A stretch of DNA of 64,000 bases from a virus (Duplodnaviria; Caudoviricetes), in IMG/VR virus record IMGVR_UViG_3300031760_003956, positions 30,226 through 94,225 of that record; one strand, 5' to 3'. Shown piece after piece: positions 41,878 to 51,009 of the stretch. The notes under the pieces were generated by a model. That model was not told where the DNA came from. It was given only the letters and a program-made list of their open reading frames with translations, and did not search any database. Both the position numbers and the translations under genes were made by a program. Numbering within the stretch: the stretch's first letter is position 1; every line of letters begins with the position of its first letter.

Positions 41878-43092
41878 TTTCTTCCCCACAATCATAGAAC
41901 ATATTAATAAAGCAACTATATAAAGTGTTGCTCCCGTACAAAGAATAAACTCATAATTATTATTTGTTGCATTTAAAATAATCTCAGAAGTATTATTACC
42001 TGTAAGACCAGCTATAGCCCAAGCTGATAATGCAAGACCGTGAATTTGAGATATAGACTTCATACCATATCTTTCAGAGAGTAGTGCCGGAAGTGTTGAA
42101 AAACCACCGCCGTAGCCAGCATTTATTATTAATAAGAAAGCAATTACAATTATTGCTAATACAATATTTGCCGCTCCTAAGACCGAATGTGTTAAAACCG
42201 TTAAACCCGTAATTAATATACAACTCGTAAATATAATCTTATAGATTGTATTACGTTCTTTGAGTTTATCGGATAATGTTGAGTAGCCGATTCTGCCGAG
42301 AGCATTAAACGAAGCTGAGATTGAGGGAATCACACTAACCATAATTCCTAAACAAGCCATACCTGTAAATGCTGTTGTTAGTATCTGCTTTTCGTAGGAA
42401 ATAATCATCAAACCACAATGGATATTTAAGAAGAACATTAACCATATACCTATGAATTGCTTATCTTTAAAGAAGTGTAATCTGTTGAATTTTGTGGATT
42501 GTGGTTCTTCAACCCAACCATCAGGCTTTTTCAAAAGCAAATGACCGATAAACATTATCACGAAATAACAAGCACCCAAAATATAAAACATATTTGAGAT
42601 ACCATAATTAGTTTGTAGTGTTTCCATAATCGGAGTGGCAATAGCTTTAGCAAGACCAAATCCCATAATCGAGATACCCGTAGCAAGACCTTTGTTCTCA
42701 CTAAACCACAGCATTAGCGTTTTTACAGGAGTTAGATAACCAACACCTAAACCAATTCCCATTATTACACCATAAAAAAGATAGATACCAAGTAGTGCAG
42801 CCCAACCTTTAAAGAACATTATTGAGAATCCTGTACCGACCATACCTGTTGTAAAACAGATACAAGCGATTAACGAGGATTTATGTATATCTCGTTCAAC
42901 AAACTTACCAGCAAAAGCAGCAGACATTCCTAAAAAGAATATCGCCAATGAGAACGCCCAACCAACAGCGAACGGACTCATATTTATCTGTTCTGCAATA
43001 GTTTGTTTAAAGGTAGACCAGCAGTACACAGTACCTACTGATATATGAATTAATAAAGCCGGAATTGCAGCCCTTAACCATTTATTATTCAT
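41845..43092 (-). CDS. MFS transporter, oxalate/formate antiporter (OFA)-like
   Basis: About 12 TM; GTVYCWS, GIGLGVGYLTPVKTLMLWF..NKGLATG, YGGGFSTLPALLSERYG. Confidence 0.85.
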   Translation of the reverse strand: MNNKWLRAAIPALLIHISVGTVYCWSTFKQTIAEQINMSPFAVGWAFSLAIFFLGMSAAFAGKFVERDIHKSSLIACICFTTGMVGTGFSIMFFKGWAALLGIYLFYGVIMGIGLGVGYLTPVKTLMLWFSENKGLATGISIMGFGLAKAIATPIMETLQTNYGISNMFYILGACYFVIMFIGHLLLKKPDGWVEEPQSTKFNRLHFFKDKQFIGIWLMFFLNIHCGLMIISYEKQILTTAFTGMACLGIMVSVIPSISASFNALGRIGYSTLSDKLKERNTIYKIIFTSCILITGLTVLTHSVLGAANIVLAIIVIAFLLIINAGYGGGFSTLPALLSERYGMKSISQIHGLALSAWAIAGLTGNNTSEIILNATNNNYEFILCTGATLYIVALLICSMIVGKKNGKSKVNTSD

Positions 43093-43095
43093 TTA

Positions 43096-43270
43096 TTATT
43101 TCCTTTCATCTGTATTTTCTATACTCTTTAATATTAAGTCTGCACACGAAGGGCAAACTATAAAACTTTTTGAACTATGTAAATGTACAATTCCTTGAAT
43201 AGAAACTGCATATTTAAGCCCATATGGTAGAATCCCACCACACCTATCACAATGTTTAATTGTCGGCATT
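43096..43270 (-). CDS. Small Zn-ribbon protein
   Basis: CDRC...CPSC; likely start near MPTIKH (approximate coordinate). Confidence 0.45.
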
Positions 43271-43453
43271 ATCATTCTCCTTTTCTTTCGGATAACTATT
43301 TTGTTTCTTACAAATATGAGGTAATCTACAGATAGGTTCATACCATTCTCCGCATTTCTTACACTCAACAACCGTAAAACCAAAGTACGGTGGATAATTA
43401 GGATTTTTTCTATCGGGGAGAAAGCGAGGATTATATTCTTCTTTGTTGTTCAT
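43256..43453 (-). CDS. Small Cys-containing hypothetical protein
   Basis: CKKC...HIC. Confidence 0.5.
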   Translation of the reverse strand: MNNKEEYNPRFLPDRKNPNYPPYFGFTVVECKKCGEWYEPICRLPHICKKQNSYPKEKENDNADN

Positions 43454-43454
43454 A

Positions 43455-43715
43455 TCAATACACCAACATAGACGTAGTTGCTATTGACGGACAAACTTGC
43501 ATATCCATCAAAGTTTTATTTTTAACATCAGCCGTAGAAACAAATTTATTAGCCAAGATAGGTTCTAAATAATCGGGAATAACAAGATATTTCGGATAAC
43601 ATTTAAACATTAACCAAAATGTATTGCGTTTTATTGCGATAATTTCTAAAACCGTATCAACGTCAATATTAATTTCTCGCTTCATTATGGCAGCTTCTTT
43701 TTTGATTACATCCAT
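43455..43715 (-). CDS. Hypothetical protein
   Basis: Overlapping, co-oriented ORF. Confidence 0.5.
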   Translation of the reverse strand: MDVIKKEAAIMKREINIDVDTVLEIIAIKRNTFWLMFKCYPKYLVIPDYLEPILANKFVSTADVKNKTLMDMQVCPSIATTSMLVY

Positions 43716-44026
43716 CTCTCAATACCTCGCTTGTCTATCTCGGTTTGTAAATCAGCTAAGAATCTCATCCAATCAGGTTTATCAATCTTCTCGTTACCGT
43801 AACCACCGAATTTTTCAGCGTCACGAATATCACGCTCCATACAACAAAGAGTCTTGTCATCAATCTCGGAGATAAGAGGACGGATAAAACCAATTACTAT
43901 ACTCGGCATATACGTCTGTCTACCACAGGCATAACGTACCGCACAATTAAGGATTGTACCGAAATCTTCATTATCGGGAGTGATAACAATGTTCGCTTTT
44001 AGGGGTATATTTTGATTATTTTTCAT
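43706..44026 (-). CDS. Hypothetical protein
   Basis: CAVRYACGRQTYMP motif typical of small Firmicutes phage proteins. Confidence 0.6.
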   Translation of the reverse strand: MKNNQNIPLKANIVITPDNEDFGTILNCAVRYACGRQTYMPSIVIGFIRPLISEIDDKTLCCMERDIRDAEKFGGYGNEKIDKPDWMRFLADLQTEIDKRGIERWM

Positions 44027-44069
44027 TTTATGACCTCATAAATTAATAAAATATAAAATCTCATTTTTA

Positions 44070-44405
44070 TTATATCCATTTTACAGAATACCCAATTTGT
44101 TTTTTAGGTTTCCAAAATTGCCACCATTTCTTTGGTTCATAATAAATCTCTGAAACAACAGCAGGATAATTCATAAACTTATCACCCAACTTAACATCTT
44201 TGCCTGTGTTAGATACATAAATAACATCACCAGATGTTAATTCACGTACCCTTATAGTACCATTTGGATATTCATCAGCTTTAAACTCAGCTTTATAAAC
44301 AACACCTGATTTTTTCGGGCAATCAATATTTAGTTTCTCAATAATATCTTGACAAGTGGTTGGTTTAGCACTGTCAAATACAAAGACACAATTATTGTTT
44401 TCCAT
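44070..44405 (-). CDS. Hypothetical protein
   Basis: 111-aa ORF, KKWWQFWK motif. Confidence 0.55.
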   Translation of the reverse strand: MENNNCVFVFDSAKPTTCQDIIEKLNIDCPKKSGVVYKAEFKADEYPNGTIRVRELTSGDVIYVSNTGKDVKLGDKFMNYPAVVSEIYYEPKKWWQFWKPKKQIGYSVKWI

Positions 44406-44429
44406 TATTACACATCTTTCCTTTAAAAT

Positions 44430-44906
44430 TTATCTTTTATCATTTATAATTTCATACAAATAACTGTCTACAAGATTTCCATTCAAATCTCTACCTGAGT
44501 CGTGGAAATGATGTATATAACCATTATATTTTTTACAAAATTTATCGTAATGTTTCTTTACAGGATTACCACCTACAACACGCCATTCAATCTTGTGATG
44601 TTGATTTACCAATTCTCTTAATTTCTTAAACAAATCCCTACCTATAATCGGGTTGCCTTTGTCAAAAGAGATTAAGCCAAAATTGTGTACCGTATCAGTA
44701 ACACAGTAAATTTGATATGACAAATAACCAATTACATTATCATTATCATCAACAAACGCATAACGATAAGTTCCTTCTTCTGGTTGTAGATTAGGAATCT
44801 CTGTTCCACAATCGTATCCTATATAAAAGTAATAATCTTCTGTATATAGCAACTCTGTAAATTTTGTTAGAATAATATCTTTATATAATAGAGCTGGTTT
44901 TAACAC
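44430..44906 (-). CDS. GNAT-fold-like hypothetical protein
   Basis: YAFVDDNDNVIGYLSY...KIEWRVVGGNP; start probably near VLKPALLY after RBS GAGGTG (approximate). Confidence 0.5.
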   Translation of the reverse strand: MLKPALLYKDIILTKFTELLYTEDYYFYIGYDCGTEIPNLQPEEGTYRYAFVDDNDNVIGYLSYQIYCVTDTVHNFGLISFDKGNPIIGRDLFKKLRELVNQHHKIEWRVVGGNPVKKHYDKFCKKYNGYIHHFHDSGRDLNGNLVDSYLYEIINDKR

Positions 44907-44943
44907 TATTTCACCTCTTAAAAGACTTATTTTAAATATAAGA

Positions 44944-45070
44944 TTATGTGGGTGGGGATTTGCACCCCACAGGGTAGTTCTCAAATCAAAGTTTAGACAG
45001 CTACTTCTAAAGTTGTTAGATGAGATTATAACTACCTATAAATAACGTCTACCTATTCCGTCACCACATA
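44944..45070 (-). ncRNA. tRNA-like RNA with expanded anticodon/variable domain
   Basis: Acceptor TATGTGG/CCACATA; D-arm GACGGAATAGGTAGACGT; T-arm GTGGGG-TGCAAAT-CCCCAC; ~70-nt central hairpin domain; no CCA. Confidence 0.65.
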
Positions 45071-45235
45071 AAATTTATCTCCATCGTTCTATCTTCTCAG
45101 CAAGACACCTTTGACAATTTACGAATATCCTGTCACAGCAATCGTATCTCTTACCGTTAGCCCATTCGATGAATCGTCTAAGCCATCTTGCTATCTTATG
45201 ATGTATCGGTTCTTCTATTTTTCATTACACCGCCT

Positions 45236-45718
45236 TTAGAAATTATCTGTTATATGCTGCTTGTGTTTATTTCCAAAATACTTTGATTTCGGAGATTTTA
45301 ATATTTCAATAGATGAGCCGTTCTTAAATCCAACAAAAGCACCATTTTCATCACTTTTTGCTAAACATATTTCATCTTTAGCTTTATCAGATATTTGTTG
45401 AATAAAATCAAACAATACTTGTATTTCTCTATTGTTATATGGAGTCATAACAAAATGGGTTTCGGGTTCTAAAACACATTTACTATATATCCAAATATAT
45501 CGAATAAATGATTTCCCTAATCTTCCTCGGAAAGACATAACATTAGAGTCTTTCTTACTGATAATTTTAAGAATCATCTTCTGATATGCAGTTAGGTCAA
45601 TTCCTAAATAGTTTTTGACAAACTCATCAGGACGAGATAAATATTCATCTCTGATTTGTAAGAGATACCCACTATCCATATAAATATCACCCCTGTCTAC
45701 GAGAAAAGGATTTAACAC
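45236..45718 (-). CDS. Short protein resembling the N-terminal ATPase part of a terminase large subunit
   Basis: FVKNYLGIDLTAYQKMIL...FRGRLGKSF...FKNGSSIEI; ends before any Walker B or nuclease domain. Confidence 0.55.
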   Translation of the reverse strand: MLNPFLVDRGDIYMDSGYLLQIRDEYLSRPDEFVKNYLGIDLTAYQKMILKIISKKDSNVMSFRGRLGKSFIRYIWIYSKCVLEPETHFVMTPYNNREIQVLFDFIQQISDKAKDEICLAKSDENGAFVGFKNGSSIEILKSPKSKYFGNKHKQHITDNF

Positions 45719-46019
45719 TTTTTCTAATCCAACCTCCTAACCCATCTGAACGCATATGTGATTGATTATTTCGCCTCTGTATTTGAACGATTTTAATTTC
45801 TTTGTCGTCTAAAGAACAAATACGAATATAATGTGAAAGTAGAATTTTGCTTGATTTAAACGCTTCTAAGAGTTGTAATTTAATTTCTTCTTTAGACTGT
45901 TCAAATAACTTAGAAAAGTAATAATAAACACCAATCTCAAATCCATATCCAATTTCAGGGTGATGAACAATATAAATATCATTCACAGTTTGAATAGTAT
46001 CACCATACATTAAAAGCAT
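45687..46019 (-). CDS. Hypothetical protein
   Basis: 110-aa ORF with RBS GGAG. Confidence 0.55.
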   Translation of the reverse strand: MLLMYGDTIQTVNDIYIVHHPEIGYGFEIGVYYYFSKLFEQSKEEIKLQLLEAFKSSKILLSHYIRICSLDDKEIKIVQIQRRNNQSHMRSDGLGGWIRKSVKSFSRRQG

Positions 46020-46029
46020 TTACTTTCTC

Positions 46030-46215
46030 CTATTCTATAATTTCTATTCCAAGTTCGTTACAATGTTGTTTGATGTATTCATATTCCTCATCGGTTAGTA
46101 TGAGGCAACTGAGTGGAGTATCGCTTGAATAAGTTTGAGTAAACCTTATACTTTTATCCGGTAATACTTCGGAAGTGATTTCGTCTTCAAGCACTACTTT
46201 AATTGGCTTACCCAT
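46030..46215 (-). CDS. Hypothetical protein
   Basis: 61-aa ORF in operon. Confidence 0.5.
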   Translation of the reverse strand: MGKPIKVVLEDEITSEVLPDKSIRFTQTYSSDTPLSCLILTDEEYEYIKQHCNELGIEIIE

Positions 46216-46217
46216 CT

Positions 46218-46604
46218 TTAGACTTCCTCCAAGAAATCAAAACCACTCATATACTTGTTATACTCATCAATCAATAAAGGCAACACATTAGGTATACTAC
46301 TCAGTTCACCATTCATAAAATCATAGAACGGGTAATAGGGCTGACAGTAATCAGAATCAAGAATCATCACATTATCAACATCATTCCAATTCTGAATATC
46401 ATCGGCAAACACAATATCAATCTCAAAATCATAATTTAGAGTTCTGCTCTTATTACGTCTTTTGACTTCAAGTTTTACTGTTACTGTCTTTGATAAAACA
46501 AGCGTAGCCTGTTTATGTACCCAAGTACCACCTTCGTGGAATCCGTATTTGAGTAAGTCTTCTTTTGTTGTGTTTTCTTTTAATTTAAAGTGTTTAATTT
46601 TCAT
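46218..46604 (-). CDS. Hypothetical protein
   Basis: 128-aa ORF in operon. Confidence 0.55.
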   Translation of the reverse strand: MKIKHFKLKENTTKEDLLKYGFHEGGTWVHKQATLVLSKTVTVKLEVKRRNKSRTLNYDFEIDIVFADDIQNWNDVDNVMILDSDYCQPYYPFYDFMNGELSSIPNVLPLLIDEYNKYMSGFDFLEEV

Positions 46605-47163
46605 TTAAACCTCGTTTCCCCAACAATCCCAATTTGGTCTTGTATTACGGGCATACATTTCAATTTTGTTTAAATCGGGGTAAAGTCGCTCAATTATTTG
46701 ATAAGCTATCTCAGGTTTTTGACTATGTTTTTTTACTTGCTCACGAAATACCGTGTGTATCTTACCTCGTTCATTTTTAGCAACAGGCGTTAGTTTACCT
46801 CTATACATATACAATAAGTATTCGTGACCGTATCTAACCGTAAACGCAGCCGGAATACCCGTAACTTTATCCCAAATCATTCGTGCGTGGAGTTTAAATC
46901 CAAGACTCTCAGCTATTTCTTGTGCTTCAAATAAATATTTATCTATAGTCCACAAGAAAAGTATCTGATTGCCCCCCCCCTCGTCCGCATACTGTTTCAA
47001 GATGTTGTTTGATTTCATCGAGTGAACATACGGGATAATCTAAGGGTTTACCACTACTGTTTTTTCTAACAGATTTTTTACCGCCTTTAGATTGTCGCCA
47101 CGGTGGGTCAGCATAAATTAGATTGTATTTACCACTTACCGAAGATAAATCACTTACTACCAT
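46605..47163 (-). CDS. MT-A70-family adenine methyltransferase, frameshifted at G9 tract (46972-46980); ~185 aa if G8
   Basis: First frame: KYNLIYADPPW; second frame: LFLWT, MIWDK, HEYLL, HSQKPE, IEMYARN..PNWDCWGNE; frame switch coincides with the G run. Confidence 0.85.
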
Positions 47164-47726
47164 TAAAACTCATACTCCCTTTTAACAAAATCAACTGCTG
47201 TGTAATACAAATCATTTATATCACCATCATTTTCAATGTGGTAATCATATTCAAAATTCATAACATCAGCGTCAGCCATATTCGTTGTAATTAAGGGAAT
47301 ATTGCGGTTAGTGACAAGAATTGTTTTACAATCCTTTATCTCAGCTTTGAGCCGAGCAATATCTTTCGATTCACGAATATGTATAAACAACATACAATTC
47401 ACAGGATTGTTAATAAATGATTTAATCTCCTGTAAAACAGACTGATGTGGTAAATCATTGTAAGCAGAAGACAATTCTTTGAGGTCAGATAAAAACTTTC
47501 GACTAATATCTAACTTATCGCCCTTCCAACCGAGAACCTTTGCAGCTTCTTTAATCTTGTCAACCGAAGAAAAACTATAAGCAAATTTAGCATAAGGATT
47601 ATTGAAATTAAAGTAATCCTGTAACGCCATATTTACCTGTTCGACAAAAGTATCTTTACCACAACCGCCTGAGCCGTTAATAATAAAAATCCTTTTTTCT
47701 TCGGGTCTTACCTTAAATATTTCCAT
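47163..47726 (-). CDS. P-loop nucleotide kinase (dNMP kinase-like)
   Basis: INGSGGCGKDTF Walker A; FIHIRE; YDYHIENDG. Confidence 0.7.
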   Translation of the reverse strand: MEIFKVRPEEKRIFIINGSGGCGKDTFVEQVNMALQDYFNFNNPYAKFAYSFSSVDKIKEAAKVLGWKGDKLDISRKFLSDLKELSSAYNDLPHQSVLQEIKSFINNPVNCMLFIHIRESKDIARLKAEIKDCKTILVTNRNIPLITTNMADADVMNFEYDYHIENDGDINDLYYTAVDFVKREYEF

Positions 47727-47738
47727 TTTTTCTCACCT

Positions 47739-48050
47739 CTAATCTACTAATCGTATATCAATATCATCAAGTGTATTCATTAAATCTATCTTTTCAGACA
47801 AACTCATTTCTTTAAACATTTGATTAAGAGTTTCTTCTAAACATTCTTCGCATAGTGCCGACTCTCCATAAGAATCGTTTAAGTAATAATCAGCATATAC
47901 ATCAGATACGTCAGCACAATCATCACAAAATTCAATTTCTCTCGGAGAGTTCGGACAAGCACTTCCCAAACAAGGTAAACCCACAGAAGTACAACCTACA
48001 CAATTATCGTCAATTCGTTTCATATTACAAGCCTCTGAGGAATGACACAA
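47739..48050 (-). CDS. Cys-rich hypothetical protein
   Basis: CVGC..GLPCLGSACP..CDDC..CEEC. Confidence 0.6.
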   Translation of the reverse strand: MCHSSEACNMKRIDDNCVGCTSVGLPCLGSACPNSPREIEFCDDCADVSDVYADYYLNDSYGESALCEECLEETLNQMFKEMSLSEKIDLMNTLDDIDIRLVD

Positions 48051-48219
48051 ACGTAAGACCCCATACGAAAATAATAAAGATACCGGCTATTACGATTCTT
48101 GTCATATTTCCATTGTTTTTCGGAGTATTTGCTATTCTGAAAAATTGTATTTCGTGATATAAAGCATAAAACCAATCAATACTTAGAATCACAGCAAGTA
48201 TTAAACATACAATTCTCAT
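48025..48219 (-). CDS. Small membrane protein
   Basis: Two hydrophobic segments. Confidence 0.5.
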   Translation of the reverse strand: MRIVCLILAVILSIDWFYALYHEIQFFRIANTPKNNGNMTRIVIAGIFIIFVWGLTFVSFLRGL

Positions 48220-48941
48220 TCTGATACCTCTTTTTTGTATTTACCACAGCTTCTTGTTTCAGGACAATAACCGAGGACTTCACATTTAGGCTTCATAGTA
48301 ATTTCAATAAGCGTCTTCCATTCATCTGAGTATTCTGCAAGTTTATTGGTATACATTCTAAATAACTCTCTGTATTCCCAATACGCTCTTGAACACATAC
48401 GTTGCCTTGACATATCAATTACATTACGAACATTACGTCTATCTACAATCTTTGTAGTCATTCCAAGAGGTAATATCATTCCTATATCTTCTCTCGGTAT
48501 ATTGTGACTCTCTAACATTCGAGCCGTTGTGCTGATTACTTCCATAGTAGCTTTGTAGACTTCTTCAACTTCCTTATCTTTAGAAATCGACTCAGGTGTA
48601 ATATATCCAAAGTCTTTATAATCAATATATCGTGTACTTGCCTGTAATCTCGTTGGAGAGCCACCTATATGGGTGTACCATTCTCGAATTACTCTTGCCG
48701 AGAATCCATCAATCACAGCTTCAATATTTACAAATTCAAGAACTCTACCGTGATTAGCTTTAATACAATCCATACCACGCTTGTAATTCTTTTCATCATC
48801 TGTAATATCTGCTCCCCAACATACGCCAGCACGTTTACCTATTAATGTAATAGGGTTTGTCGTAGTTTCGGGTAAAATTGTTACTGTTTTCAAATCAATC
48901 ACCCCTTCCGAATAAAAGTAATTCCCACAAATCTTTGACAT
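48216..48941 (-). CDS. thyX: FAD-dependent thymidylate synthase
   Basis: HGRVLEF, SARVIREWYTH...LQASTRY, PREDIGMILP, QRMCSRAYWEYR, PKCEVLGYCPE; true start probably about 15 codons downstream. Confidence 0.82.
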   Translation of the reverse strand: MSKICGNYFYSEGVIDLKTVTILPETTTNPITLIGKRAGVCWGADITDDEKNYKRGMDCIKANHGRVLEFVNIEAVIDGFSARVIREWYTHIGGSPTRLQASTRYIDYKDFGYITPESISKDKEVEEVYKATMEVISTTARMLESHNIPREDIGMILPLGMTTKIVDRRNVRNVIDMSRQRMCSRAYWEYRELFRMYTNKLAEYSDEWKTLIEITMKPKCEVLGYCPETRSCGKYKKEVSE

Positions 48942-49269
48942 TTCTCAAAGGGTGTTCATCGCCATCAATAGTAACGTCACCCTTTTTATATTTCTCACCG
49001 AAATTCAAATCATAAATATAATATGAAATCCAATGATTTTCTAAGTCGTTCATAATCATTTCAAGTAAATCAACCACATCATCAATCATCGTAGGATAGA
49101 AAAGAGTAAATTCGTCTTTATCTGTAGGCTTATTCAGTTTGGCTAATTCGCTTTCAAAATCAAAAATTGCCTTAATTCGTCTAAGGTATGTGCAGAAATC
49201 CTTATAAGTAACAATTACTTCTTTGTTTAAAAATGAATTAGGTTCAAACTTAACTTTCTTAGGTTTCAT
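48895..49269 (-). CDS. Hypothetical protein
   Basis: WISYYIYDLNFG motif; RBS AGGAG. Confidence 0.6.
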   Translation of the reverse strand: MKPKKVKFEPNSFLNKEVIVTYKDFCTYLRRIKAIFDFESELAKLNKPTDKDEFTLFYPTMIDDVVDLLEMIMNDLENHWISYYIYDLNFGEKYKKGDVTIDGDEHPLRNVKDLWELLLFGRGD

Positions 49270-49464
49270 TCATAAACTCCTTTAGTTTCTTTAAAGTTAT
49301 AGCTTTACCATTAAGTCTAAATTTATATGGGATTCTCGCCTTACTCATAGCGGTCAATTCTTTTATATCAGGAATACAAGACTTTTCCTCAGTCCACATA
49401 TAAACCTTGCCCTCTTTGATAATTTCAAATTTCATTATTAGTATTTACCTTGTTTAAACAATAA

Positions 49465-49965
49465 TTATGTAATGGGTATATCTTCGCTACAATCAATAAA
49501 GTAAGATACTGTACCCTCATATTCACCAGCAACAGCACGACTATCAATATTAGCGTTCAGCGGAGAAGTAGCAGAGCCATTCTGAATATCATCATCAGTA
49601 AACTTTACAATTACGTCCGGCTCTTTGTTGAATCCCCAGTTACCGCTTAGTGTCATTTCCGCTGTCACATTTGGCTGCGTCTTATGTGTCATCTCAATAC
49701 AATGACGATTATTAAAGTTACTTACTGATACCTTAATCGCATAACCATCTTCAATACTTGCATTTGTAACAGCGACTTCACCGCCTACAGAAGTATCAAG
49801 CGTTTCGGGAATCGAAATGTCAAAATGACTATACAGATGTGAAGTTACTGCAATCTCGCCCGAACCTACATTCTGATTATAGGCATTAAATTCAGTAGCC
49901 GAAGCTGAGAACGTACAACCTACGATAAGCATTACTGCCATAAGCAAACAAATTATTTTCTTCAT
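49465..49965 (-). CDS. Secreted/surface beta-protein with signal peptide
   Basis: MKKIICLLMAVMLIVGCTFSASA signal peptide; C-terminal AGEYEGTVSY strand. Confidence 0.7.
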   Translation of the reverse strand: MKKIICLLMAVMLIVGCTFSASATEFNAYNQNVGSGEIAVTSHLYSHFDISIPETLDTSVGGEVAVTNASIEDGYAIKVSVSNFNNRHCIEMTHKTQPNVTAEMTLSGNWGFNKEPDVIVKFTDDDIQNGSATSPLNANIDSRAVAGEYEGTVSYFIDCSEDIPIT

Positions 49966-49981
49966 ATGTATTTCTTCCTTT

Positions 49982-50470
49982 CTAAATTGATTTTATTTCT
50001 ATTTTCATACTTGCGTTATTCAACGCTTTTTTATCAGCTAAACTATAACAATCATAGACAATTTTGCAGTTCTTATAAGTGCCTTTTGCTAAGATTGTGT
50101 TTAACTGAATATCTTTTATTCGATGGTCGGGTTTAAGTAAACCCGACCTATATATAAGAGTATTGTCGGAGAGATAAATAGAAATTCTAATATAGCAGTT
50201 ATTTGTTTTAGGATTGTAGAAGTCTACTGATTGATTCTTCTCTCCCGATACTAACTCTAACCCGTTTGATGTGGGTATTATTATTTGTTTTTCATTACTA
50301 CTCGGAGTAAAATCAAGACTTTGCGATTCTGTGGTGTTTTGCTTATTTGAAATTTGCGATTCTGAGTCTGTTACATATATAATGCTACAGAGAATTATAA
50401 TACAAATTCCCATAAGCACCATCATTATATTAAACAGAACCGAAGAAGACTTATCTGATTTCTTTTTCAT
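49982..50470 (-). CDS. Membrane-anchored Ig-like partner protein
   Basis: N-terminal TM; FYNPKTNNCY...IYRSGLLKP...LAKGTY. Confidence 0.65.
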   Translation of the reverse strand: MKKKSDKSSSVLFNIMMVLMGICIIILCSIIYVTDSESQISNKQNTTESQSLDFTPSSNEKQIIIPTSNGLELVSGEKNQSVDFYNPKTNNCYIRISIYLSDNTLIYRSGLLKPDHRIKDIQLNTILAKGTYKNCKIVYDCYSLADKKALNNASMKIEIKSI

Positions 50471-51006
50471 TTCTTCTCCTTATCTGTACTACCAAAACCA
50501 CCGTTACGTTCTTTCTCAACATTATCATCGTCAACAGTAAAATACTGACTAAATATACCTTGACAGAAAGCCGAGCCTTTTGTTAATACTACGGGTTCAA
50601 TACCATAATTAACAAGTTTAATCATAATATGACCTTCATTATCAGACTGTGCGTAGTCACTATCAATAATACCAACCGTATTACGAAGTACCAGTCCTTT
50701 TTTCGCCCCAAGCCCCGAACGAGGATAGATTTTCAGAACGATATTCTCAGGCATATCAACACATCTAATACCTGTAGGAATAAGCTGCGATTCACCAACT
50801 CTAATATGTACTCCAAACGGAATATAAAAGTCATATCCGGCAGAACCCTTAGTAGAGCGTTTCGGAAGAATTATATTATCATAGTCTTTTTTCACACTAT
50901 TCTCAAAAGACTTATAATCATATTGATTATCGTCAAAGCCTATAGAGGTATAATACTTTTTTAACGACTGTTCAAACTGTTTTAAAGATACTTTTTCAAA
51001 TCTCAT
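50467..51006 (-). CDS. dut: dUTPase (trimeric)
   Basis: SAGYDF, PRSGLG, GIIDSDY, QGIF, RNGGFGST. Confidence 0.93.
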   Translation of the reverse strand: MRFEKVSLKQFEQSLKKYYTSIGFDDNQYDYKSFENSVKKDYDNIILPKRSTKGSAGYDFYIPFGVHIRVGESQLIPTGIRCVDMPENIVLKIYPRSGLGAKKGLVLRNTVGIIDSDYAQSDNEGHIMIKLVNYGIEPVVLTKGSAFCQGIFSQYFTVDDDNVEKERNGGFGSTDKEKK

Positions 51007-51009
51007 TTT

